In this document: in pieces, positions 25,867 to 33,938 of the stretch
Layout: every line of letters begins with the position of its first letter
Numbering within the stretch: position 1 is the first letter of the stretch
DNA from: an uncultured Bacteroides sp.
GTDB taxonomy: Bacteria; Bacteroidota; Bacteroidia; Bacteroidales; Bacteroidaceae
Length of the DNA stretch: 64,000 nt
NCBI GenBank assembly: GCA_964481755.1
Contig: CAYZVH010000001.1
Coordinates: forward strand, 2,337 to 66,336
Direction: 5' to 3'
Program-made: the position numbers and the translations under genes
The notes under the pieces: model-generated
Database searches by the model: none
What the model saw: only the letters and a program-made list of their open reading frames with translations
Told to the model about the DNA's origin: nothing

Positions 25867-28800
25867 TTAGAATGTTGCGGATAATGCGAACGAGAGCGTG
25901 CGGGCAAACGGATAGCTGGTACCGCGCTCCACCTTGATGGAGGAGAAGGTAGCCACGTCGTTGAGGTAGACCGACAAACGCAGGCGTTGCATATAGAGTT
26001 TCGCATAGATGGACTCGGGGAACTCGTAGTAAGCGCTGATGGACGAGATGGAGAGCTCGTTGCGGTCCTGCACGAAGCGGGTGGTTGCCCGTGTGGTGGT
26101 CTTGGCGCTGTAGCCCTTGTACTGGGTCACGTCGCCCGGAGTCTTCCAACGGCCTGTGAGCACGCGGCGGTCTACGTTGTAGGTCATGTCGGCATCCTCC
26201 ACACGGTCCACGAGGGTGGAGTTGTACATCTGTCCGCCTGCCAAGTAGGTGCAGGTGGCGGTCAGTCCGAAGCCTTTGTACTCGGCACTGAAACCGATAT
26301 TGCCACGGTACTTCGGTGTAGCGTCGCCAGCGGCCACCATGTCGGACGAGTCGTAGGTATAGGTGTAGGTACCATCCTTCTTGATGTAGATTTCCTCACC
26401 GGTCTGCGGGTCGATGCCTGCGGAGGGCACGGCCCAGATGGTGTTCATGGAGAGTCCGTCCTGGTACATCAGCACGGGAGAGGTTTGGTCCTCGTCCTCA
26501 GCCAGGGCCAACATGCGGTCGTTGTACTCGCGCATACTCTGCGAGAGGCTGATGATGCGGTTCTTCGTGTAAACGAACGATCCGTAGATGGAGACGAAGC
26601 CGTCGCGGCTCTGCCACGGGGTGTAGTTGGCCTTGATTTCCACACCGGAGTTGCGCACCAGTCCGAGGTTGTCCTTCACGGTGCTGAATCCGGTAGAGGT
26701 GGGGATACTCACGTTGGTGAGCATGTTCTTGGTGTCGGCCTTGTAGAGGTCGAACGAGAGGGAGAGACCGAAGGCACGGAAGTCGAAGCCGACGTTGTAG
26801 TCCTTCTTCTGTTCCCACATCAAGCCGGAGTTCGGCATGCGGCTCAGGTAAGCGCCCGTCAGACCTTCGTAGGTGGCACCTGTATAGTAACTATAGGTAG
26901 CGATAGCCTCGTTGGTGCTGAAGTTCTGGTTACCGGTGAGACCTATGCTGCCACGGATCTTAAAGAGTTTCAGCCACTCGGCGTTCTTCAACCAAGGTTC
27001 GTTGTGCACGTTCCATCCCAGACCAGCGGACCAGCTGTCGGCCCAACGTTTGTCGGAGCCGTAGAGCGACGAGGCGCTCTCGCGTCCGGTGAGGTCAACA
27101 AGGAAGCGGTTGTCGTAGTCGTACGAAGCGGCCAACAGGAAGCTCATCTCGCGGTTCACCGAAGCGTAGCCTGTCGGTGTGGTACCCTCGGCATACTGGT
27201 GGGCGAAGGTGATGTCCGCTGCCGTCTCGTTGCTGAAGCCTTCAGCCTGATGTTGGTAGGCTTGGTATTTGGTCTCGGACACGAAGTATCCGGCGTTGCC
27301 GAACACATGGTGTTTGCCGAAGGCGTGGTTGTAGTTCACGTTCAAGTCGCCACTGAGCTGGGTCTGCTTACCGTTCTCCATGATGTAGAGTCCGCGGCGG
27401 TCCCAGGCGGAAGTGCCCTTGGTGTAGGAGGCGAAGCGGGAGTGGTTTGCCGGATAGTATTGATCCACATCGTTGCGTTTCTGCTCAGCGCCCAAACGGA
27501 TGGTGGCCTTCAGGTCGGGGTTGATGGTCCACTCAGCATAGAAATTATTCGTGAACTCGGTGTAAGACGACTCGAGGCTGGTGCCGATGGTAGCGTCGTA
27601 GAGCGGGTTGGCTACGGCATTGCCTCCATAGGAGAGGTTGCTGTTGCTCACCTCCGCCCAGCGGAGCACATTGCCGTTGGCATCTTCTGCCTGCCAGTAA
27701 GGGTTCATCTTCACATAGTCCGAGAAGGTTCCGTAGGGAGAGTCGGTACTCTTGTTGGAGATGACGCTCAGGATATTCTTGAACAGAAGGTTCTTGCGGC
27801 GATACGAGAGGCTCACGTCACCGGAGATGTTGCGACGGTCGGAGCCTTTCATCACACCTGCCACATCGTTGTAGGTAAAGTTGAGCACTCCGCGCAGGTT
27901 GCGTGCGTCGCCCAGTTCGATGTTGATGTTGTGCTTCTGTCCCACGCCGGTGCGCAGAGGTTTCGCCATCCAGTCGGTGTCGAGACCCTCGAGCGCCAGT
28001 TTGTAGCGTTGGTTATAGAGCTCGGTCAACGTCTGTTGTTGGGTAGCGGAGCCACCGTTGTAGTAGGCTGAGTTGATGTCGTAGATTCCCTCGTTGCGCT
28101 CCACCTGCAGCTTCTCCAGGGCATTGGTCATGTCGTAGCTAGTGAGGTCGGGCATCTCCAGGTCGAGGCTACCATTGTAGGAGATGCGTGCCTCGGTGCC
28201 TGCCAGGCGCTTGGTCTCGATGACAATGACACCATTAGCAGCCTTGCTACCGTAGAGGGCCTTTGCCGAAGCATCCTTCAGAATGGTGACGCTCTCCACG
28301 CGGTTCATGTCGAGGTCCTTCACACGCTCGGCCGAGGTCTCGAATCCGTCGAGGATGAAGAGTGGCTCGTTGGGTTGGTTTTGGTAGCTGCTCTTCAGCG
28401 AGGAGGTCTCTGCCGGGAAACTGGAGGTACCGCGCATCGAGATGGTCGGTGTGGAGTTCGGGTCGGAACCCATCGTCAGGTTATCGGCGATGTAGACCGT
28501 GGGGTCGAGGTTCTTCAGGCTCTGGAGCAGGTTCTGGTTGCTCACGCGACGCAGGTCCTTGCCCGATACGGTGGTAGCCGAACCGGTGAAGCTCTCCGCC
28601 TTGCGGGTGTAGACACCGTTGACAATCACTTCGGAGAGTTGGTTGTCGTCCTCCAGGACGACTTGGATATTCGTGTGGTCAGTCTGGCCATTGAAGCTGA
28701 GCGTGACCGTCTTCATACCTACGTAGGAAAACTGCAGCGTCGTGCGATCGCTCTTGGGCAACGAGAGGCTGAAGCGTCCGTCCGCGTCGGTAGACACGCC

Positions 28801-29091
28801 CTTGCCACTGCCGGGCAACACCACGGTACCACCTATCACGGCATCGCCGTTGGCATCCACTACTCGGCCACTATAGACCACTTCGCCACGTTTGCGTTGA
28901 GGCGTGTTGTCATCTTGTGCCGCTGACAACTGTCCTTTGACGGTTCCGCCCACGACGCGTTTCCCTGCGGCTGCCCCAACGTCCTGAGGCAACGACAGAA
29001 GCAACATCATCAAGCAGAAACCTACCTGCATAATCTTACTCTTCATACTTAATAACACTTGTTTCAATGTTAGTTTTTTACTCTTGTTCAT
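25867..29091 (-). CDS. SusC/RagA family TonB-dependent transporter
   Basis: 1074 aa with a carboxypeptidase-regulatory-like domain (GRVVDANGDAVIGGTVV), a plug domain, a barrel, and a C-terminal Phe. An alternative ATG at 29046 gives a cleaner signal peptide. Confidence 0.9.
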   Translation of the reverse strand: MNKSKKLTLKQVLLSMKSKIMQVGFCLMMLLLSLPQDVGAAAGKRVVGGTVKGQLSAAQDDNTPQRKRGEVVYSGRVVDANGDAVIGGTVVLPGSGKGVSTDADGRFSLSLPKSDRTTLQFSYVGMKTVTLSFNGQTDHTNIQVVLEDDNQLSEVIVNGVYTRKAESFTGSATTVSGKDLRRVSNQNLLQSLKNLDPTVYIADNLTMGSDPNSTPTISMRGTSSFPAETSSLKSSYQNQPNEPLFILDGFETSAERVKDLDMNRVESVTILKDASAKALYGSKAANGVIVIETKRLAGTEARISYNGSLDLEMPDLTSYDMTNALEKLQVERNEGIYDINSAYYNGGSATQQQTLTELYNQRYKLALEGLDTDWMAKPLRTGVGQKHNINIELGDARNLRGVLNFTYNDVAGVMKGSDRRNISGDVSLSYRRKNLLFKNILSVISNKSTDSPYGTFSDYVKMNPYWQAEDANGNVLRWAEVSNSNLSYGGNAVANPLYDATIGTSLESSYTEFTNNFYAEWTINPDLKATIRLGAEQKRNDVDQYYPANHSRFASYTKGTSAWDRRGLYIMENGKQTQLSGDLNVNYNHAFGKHHVFGNAGYFVSETKYQAYQHQAEGFSNETAADITFAHQYAEGTTPTGYASVNREMSFLLAASYDYDNRFLVDLTGRESASSLYGSDKRWADSWSAGLGWNVHNEPWLKNAEWLKLFKIRGSIGLTGNQNFSTNEAIATYSYYTGATYEGLTGAYLSRMPNSGLMWEQKKDYNVGFDFRAFGLSLSFDLYKADTKNMLTNVSIPTSTGFSTVKDNLGLVRNSGVEIKANYTPWQSRDGFVSIYGSFVYTKNRIISLSQSMREYNDRMLALAEDEDQTSPVLMYQDGLSMNTIWAVPSAGIDPQTGEEIYIKKDGTYTYTYDSSDMVAAGDATPKYRGNIGFSAEYKGFGLTATCTYLAGGQMYNSTLVDRVEDADMTYNVDRRVLTGRWKTPGDVTQYKGYSAKTTTRATTRFVQDRNELSISSISAYYEFPESIYAKLYMQRLRLSVYLNDVATFSSIKVERGTSYPFARTLSFALSATF

Positions 29092-29126
29092 TCTCTCTAT
29101 TCAATCATGTTATTTGATCTCATTTA

Positions 29127-29188
29127 TTTTCCTAACCAGAGAAATCTTTTTTCCTAACTAGGAAAATATATTTTCCTAACTAGGGAGA
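29127..29188. promoter_or_regulatory. Three 22-bp-phased TTTTCCTA-AC-TAGGAAAA palindromes in the susC leader
   Basis: Units lie at 29127-29144, 29149-29166 (perfect 8+8 arms) and 29171-29188. They sit between the -7 box at 29240 and the susC ATG. Confidence 0.6.
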
Positions 29189-29239
29189 AAAAATGGCTCA
29201 GTGGCAAGTGCCCCGAGCCTTCCCTCGGATAGAATGGAG

Positions 29240-29247
29240 CAAAGTTA
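29240..29247 (-). promoter_or_regulatory. -7 box (TAACTTTG) for the susC unit
   Basis: The reverse complement of caaagtta matches TAnnTTTG and implies a ~140-nt leader. Confidence 0.45.
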
Positions 29248-29421
29248 AGGATTTATTATAGCATGCAAGTATTTTTTACGTTAAATCCACAAATAATGTA
29301 GAGATTTCGTTCATTTGCCATCACCCGCGAATGACCTATATACTCGTTTACAGGAGACCTATTATCGACAAAGCCATGCGCATGGGGACTTGCGCAGGAC
29401 TTGCATACATAATAAGAAGCC

Positions 29422-29460
29422 GAGCGGCAGACGCAACCTCGTTGGTCGCTTCTGCCGCTC
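29422..29460 (-). terminator. Stem-loop after GH28
   Basis: A perfect 10-bp stem (gagcggcaga / tctgccgctc), 38 nt past the GH28 stop, followed by T-rich sequence on the minus strand. Confidence 0.55.
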
Positions 29461-29497
29461 GTATGCAGAGCCCCTCAGCAAGGGACTGTCGGTTCTT

Positions 29498-30907
29498 TTA
29501 CTTAACCTTCTTCCCGTTTATCTTCAGGTTGTCGTAGTGCACGTCCTTGGCTCCTACTACGGACACACCAGGGTCTTTCTCCACATTGTTGAAGATGCAG
29601 TTGCTCACGTGGATGTTCTCCACATTGTAGCGGTCGTCGTAGCCGGTTATCAGCACACCGTAGCGACTCTTCTGGCTGGTGACGTTGTCGAGGAACACGT
29701 TGCGCACGAAGGGCGGGAAACTGCGGTCGCACTGTTCGCGGCTCTCGTACACGAGGTTTATCTTGAGCACCGCCTCGCGGCACTCCCCTACCTCGACGTT
29801 GCGCACGTAGATGTTCTCTATCACACCGCCTCGGCAGTTGTTGGTCTTGATGCGGATGACACGCTCCAGGTTGGGGCTGTCCATCCGGCAATTCTCCACG
29901 AAGAGGTTGCGGAAGCCACCGGCTATCTCGCTGCCTATCACCACACCACCGTGTCCGTCCTTCATCGTGCAGTTGCGCACGACGATGTTCTCGCTGGGGA
30001 TGTTCCACTTGCGTCCGTCGGCGTTGCGTCCGCTCTTGATGGCTATGCAGTCGTCGCCGGTTTCAAATAAACAGTTTTCAATAAGCACGTTCTTGCACGA
30101 CTCGGGGTCGCAGCCGTCGCCGTTCGGTCCGTGGTTGATGACCTTCACGTCGCGCACCGTCAGGTTCTCACAGAAAAGGGGATGGATGCACCAGAATGGA
30201 GAGTTGCGCAAGGTGACCCCTTCGAGCAGCACCTCGTTACAACGGACGAAGTTCACCATCTGTGGGCGGAGTCCGTCGTCGATGGTCATCTGGCGTTTGT
30301 CTATCGGGGCGAAGGTCTCGGCGTAAGCCAACAGTTTGGCACGGCCGCCATTGCGCTGGGAGGTCATACCCTCCTTCCAGCCGTAGCGTTTGCTGTCGCC
30401 GCACATGGGCCACCAGGTCTCGTTGCTGCCTTGGGCATCGATGGTGCCTTCGCCCGTGATGGCGAAGTTACTCTCGCCATAGGCATAGATGAGCGGATGG
30501 AGGTTGTAGCAGTCCACGCCTTCCCAACGGGTGAGTACGGTGGGTGTATAGAGATGGAGGTCGAAGACGAACTTCAGCTCAGCATCCTTTTCAAGGTGGA
30601 GGTTCACGTTGCTCTTCATCGTGATAGGGCCGCAGTAGTAGACGCCAGCAGGCACCGTCACCGTGCCGCCGCCGTGCGTACTGCAGGTGGTGATGGCCAG
30701 GTTGATGGCATCGTGGCAGAGCTGTTCCTCGCCTTGCCACCCGGCTTTGGCTCCGAAGTCGAGGATGTTGTATACTTTGTCGCAGAAGGAAGGAGTCTCG
30801 ATGTTCTCCACTATCGCTTCACACTGTTTCCATGCGTCGGCGTTGTTTTGTGCCGCGACGGAGAGCATCGCGCAGAAAGCGCCAATGAGGCAGATTGTTT
30901 TTTTCAT
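29498..30907 (-). CDS. Glycoside hydrolase family 28 (polygalacturonase-like)
   Basis: Contains the GH28 beta-helix motifs NGDGCDPESC, TGDDCIAIKSG, GHGGVVIGSE and RIKT. The signal peptide starts at ATG 30905-30907. Confidence 0.85.
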   Translation of the reverse strand: MKKTICLIGAFCAMLSVAAQNNADAWKQCEAIVENIETPSFCDKVYNILDFGAKAGWQGEEQLCHDAINLAITTCSTHGGGTVTVPAGVYYCGPITMKSNVNLHLEKDAELKFVFDLHLYTPTVLTRWEGVDCYNLHPLIYAYGESNFAITGEGTIDAQGSNETWWPMCGDSKRYGWKEGMTSQRNGGRAKLLAYAETFAPIDKRQMTIDDGLRPQMVNFVRCNEVLLEGVTLRNSPFWCIHPLFCENLTVRDVKVINHGPNGDGCDPESCKNVLIENCLFETGDDCIAIKSGRNADGRKWNIPSENIVVRNCTMKDGHGGVVIGSEIAGGFRNLFVENCRMDSPNLERVIRIKTNNCRGGVIENIYVRNVEVGECREAVLKINLVYESREQCDRSFPPFVRNVFLDNVTSQKSRYGVLITGYDDRYNVENIHVSNCIFNNVEKDPGVSVVGAKDVHYDNLKINGKKVK

Positions 30908-30945
30908 GATAGCTATCGGTTTGAAGTGTTTAAAAGTTGTGGCAG

Positions 30946-30953
30946 CAAAAGTA
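30946..30953 (-). promoter_or_regulatory. -7 box (TACTTTTG) for GH28
   Basis: The reverse complement of caaaagta, 39 nt upstream of the GH28 ATG. Confidence 0.5.
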
Positions 30954-30957
30954 ATAC

Positions 30958-31007
30958 AAAAAAGCATATCTCCCTAACCGGACAGGTTCCAATTGGGAAG
31001 ATATGCT
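30958..31007 (-). terminator. Rho-independent terminator after the outer-membrane barrel gene
   Basis: A 12-bp stem with one bulge (gggaagatatgct / agcatatctccc), followed by a U6 tract on the minus strand. Confidence 0.7.
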
Positions 31008-31043
31008 CTATTATTTATGGATAGGTAGTGGCAGACTGATTGC

Positions 31044-32567
31044 TTAGAGGGAGACACCCACGCTTACCCACAGCTGGCGGTTGTCCTCGTCCATGCCGTC
31101 GTAGAATCCCTGTTGCCAACCAACCTCGGCGGTGAAGCCTAGGGTAGGTTTCAGCGTATGCATCCAGCGCACGGAGAGTCCATAGAGGGAGCAGCCTGCG
31201 CTCTGCATACGGTAGTTCTGCAGCAAAATCTGACGGGCATAGTTCACCGCTATGGTTCCAGCCTGCAGGTCTGCGTCCAGTTTCATCTGGCGAGCACCCC
31301 ACACGTGGCCTTCCACCACATCTTGATTGATGCGAAGGGAGGAGTTAAGTGCCAAGTTGACATCCACGTGGCTGTTTTCCATGATTTTGTCCAGCGAGGC
31401 ATAAGTGTCCTTACGATGGCGATAGTCCACAGCGGGCACTACGCTCCAGCGCCAGCAGTCGGTCTGCTGTTGTTCGTAGAAGAAGGAGAGACCCGCTTGC
31501 TGACGGTTGCTCTCGAAGGCATCCACCGAGGATATCAGCGGATAGAGGTTGCTGGCCGCATCACCGAAGAAGTTCTCCGTGCCGGTGCGGTCCTTGCAGG
31601 CCGCCTCCAGTTTGATGCCGTAAGCGTTTTGCGCACCAGCATGTTTCCAAGCCAGCTCGGCACCATACTCTGCGGTACTGCTCTCGTTGAGCTTGATGTT
31701 TCCTGGGTCGGGCAGTTTCTTCGTCAGCGAGGAGGAACGGAAGTAGGCTGCGCCCGAAATGCCGTTGCCGCTCAGAGGCAGCAGCGAGAGGGTCACGCCA
31801 TAGGTCATTCCTTCGTAGCTATAACTGTTGCGAGCACCGTCGAAACGGGTGTAGCTGGTACCCAAGCCGGTTAGTTGGAACGTTTTGCTCACTCCCAACT
31901 CATCAAAATAGGTAATGTTTCCGTTCTGTTTGTAGCGGTGCACCTCACCAGAGAGGCCCAAAGCGTAGTTTCGCAACGCATAGGTTCCACCCACACGGAA
32001 GTCCAAATCGGCGGTAATGTTACGTGGACGCGGATCGACATCGCGATACTCCAGCAACGCCTTGTAGCCGAAACTCAAGCCATAGGTCCAGCGGCCTGTG
32101 TGCTGGGCATAACCACCGTGGAAGTAGTAAGTCTCCGACTTCATGTCGCCACACAGACTGTCGGCCACCACGTAGGGATAGACTTGCTCGTAGTCGGAGG
32201 TCTCGTTCCATTTCACGTGGGTGCGGGTGCCGTTGCGGTAGTAGGCTTCGCCCCACACCCGCGAGTTGTCCGTCAACCGCACGTAGGAGTCTGCTGACAC
32301 ACGAAATCCTCGCCATCCGTCACCCTCCTCGACTACTAGAGGAGTGCTCTCCTTCTGGTTATCTATCGATACAGAGAGGTTGGAGAGTGACACTTGGTGG
32401 TGATAGAACTTCATGGCTGGGTTCTCAAAGGGAAGGGCCACGAAAGTCTCAGCCAGCGAGGAGTGCACCAGCGTGCGTGTAGACAGAGAGGTTGTGTCTG
32501 CCCCCTGTGCGAGGGAAGACACAACCATCAGTAGTAGTACTTGAATTGTTATCAGTCGTTGTTTCAT
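31044..32567 (-). CDS. Predicted outer-membrane beta-barrel protein (DUF6850-like, from memory)
   Basis: 507 aa with a signal peptide ending in AQG. Alternating aromatic/Gly-rich strands run throughout. It is the last gene of the TonB-receptor unit. Confidence 0.55.
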   Translation of the reverse strand: MKQRLITIQVLLLMVVSSLAQGADTTSLSTRTLVHSSLAETFVALPFENPAMKFYHHQVSLSNLSVSIDNQKESTPLVVEEGDGWRGFRVSADSYVRLTDNSRVWGEAYYRNGTRTHVKWNETSDYEQVYPYVVADSLCGDMKSETYYFHGGYAQHTGRWTYGLSFGYKALLEYRDVDPRPRNITADLDFRVGGTYALRNYALGLSGEVHRYKQNGNITYFDELGVSKTFQLTGLGTSYTRFDGARNSYSYEGMTYGVTLSLLPLSGNGISGAAYFRSSSLTKKLPDPGNIKLNESSTAEYGAELAWKHAGAQNAYGIKLEAACKDRTGTENFFGDAASNLYPLISSVDAFESNRQQAGLSFFYEQQQTDCWRWSVVPAVDYRHRKDTYASLDKIMENSHVDVNLALNSSLRINQDVVEGHVWGARQMKLDADLQAGTIAVNYARQILLQNYRMQSAGCSLYGLSVRWMHTLKPTLGFTAEVGWQQGFYDGMDEDNRQLWVSVGVSL

Positions 32568-32602
32568 GCGTTACTGTCGCAAAGTCGACCTATCGGTCTT
32601 AT

Positions 32603-33919
32603 TTATTCATGGAATTTGTAATACGGATCAGCCTCCACAGCCTCGAAGTCGAGCGAAGAGTCGTTGCTGTCCTGCAACTTCTTGCCAGCGGCTACACGAC
32701 GGCGAACAGCCTTGCCGTAACGATTAGCGTCTGCTGCTGTTTCTGTCACGTGGGTATAACCTTTATCCAAAGCAGGGCTTGTTACCAGCCATTCATATTC
32801 TGACAACGGGCAGAGGTTCACAGCATCGATAACCCAACTGTTAGGAATGGTCCAACATTTACTTTTCAGATCATAAGTTTTACCATTATAGGTATTGGTA
32901 AACTTATAGGCATAATTGTAATAGTTGGTAGAGTCAGCCATGAAAGCGTCGCCAGAAGCGTACTTGGTGTCGTCCAAACGAACCAGCGCATAAGCGCGGT
33001 TACCCTGTGTAGTCAGAGCAGTAATGGAAAGTGAGTAGGTGTAGATTCTCTCCAAGTTGGGTACGTCCGTATTATCCATATCGAGGAAGTTCGGGTTGCT
33101 CGACTCATCGTACCACTCGAAGTCAGCCTTAGTCAGGTCATAAGAGCTCGCATTATTATTACGATGGTCTACTGCGCAGTCAGCCAACAGGATGGACTCA
33201 CCCGGAGCCACGTAGAGGTTCGTTCCCATAGGGATGCGATACATAAAGTGGAACGAGAAGCGCTCGTTGATGAAGTTCGGGTTCATCTCGTCTCTCTTGG
33301 AGTTTGTCAACAGGTCGGACTCGGTGATAGCCAGTCCATCGGCAAGCAACGTATCATTGGAGTTGTTGTATACCCTGATGTAGGTATCGTAGTGATACTG
33401 TTTGCCTTCCGGAGTCTGTGTTCCAGCGAAGAAGATCTCTGCGATCACGAAGTCACCGCTGGCACCTTCGCTCTCTGCCTCGGGTGAATAGACGAAAGAG
33501 TTCTCAGCCTTCACGGGAATGTTGGCGGTCTCCTCGGTCATGGTGACAGCCTCTTGGTAAGAGCGGAGTCCTGTAGAAGTGCGGTCGCCATTATTGTCAT
33601 CGTAAGAGATGGTACCGTTCATGGTAATGTTGTAGAAGCCCTCGGGAACGGTAATCTCTACGGTCACAGACTGCTGATTTTCGCGAATCGCATCGGCTTT
33701 GGTATCCTTGGTTGTATAAGCCACGGACTCGACACCTGTGTTCACGTTCTTCACAATCACCTCGTTCAGAGTTACATCCGGATTCTTGCTCATCAAATAC
33801 TCCGGAGCCTGAAGTGTTACCTGTGTGGTTACCTTCTTAACGTCGTTGTCATCACAAGCGACAAAACTAATACCTGCCATCAAAAGGCAGCATGCAGAGA
33901 ATAATGTTCTTAATTTCAT
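32603..33919 (-). CDS. Lipoprotein with a lamin-tail-domain-like segment (DUF4876-like, from memory)
   Basis: 438 aa with lipobox ISFVAC followed by DDND. The LTD-like pattern FVIAEIFFAG...YIRVYNNSNDTLLADGLAI lies at 33314-33457. Confidence 0.55.
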   Translation of the reverse strand: MKLRTLFSACCLLMAGISFVACDDNDVKKVTTQVTLQAPEYLMSKNPDVTLNEVIVKNVNTGVESVAYTTKDTKADAIRENQQSVTVEITVPEGFYNITMNGTISYDDNNGDRTSTGLRSYQEAVTMTEETANIPVKAENSFVYSPEAESEGASGDFVIAEIFFAGTQTPEGKQYHYDTYIRVYNNSNDTLLADGLAITESDLLTNSKRDEMNPNFINERFSFHFMYRIPMGTNLYVAPGESILLADCAVDHRNNNASSYDLTKADFEWYDESSNPNFLDMDNTDVPNLERIYTYSLSITALTTQGNRAYALVRLDDTKYASGDAFMADSTNYYNYAYKFTNTYNGKTYDLKSKCWTIPNSWVIDAVNLCPLSEYEWLVTSPALDKGYTHVTETAADANRYGKAVRRRVAAGKKLQDSNDSSLDFEAVEADPYYKFHE

Positions 33920-33938
33920 ACGATGTTATTGTTATATG

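Noticed and set aside
29498-30907. GH28 as a component of either the upstream TonB-receptor unit or the downstream SusC/SusD protease locus.
   Set aside because: It is bracketed by a strong terminator (30958-31007), its own -7 box (30946-30953) and its own terminator hairpin (29422-29460). It therefore reads as a monocistronic insertion between the two units. A loose thematic link to the rhamnose operon through pectin/RG-I degradation is possible but unsupported.
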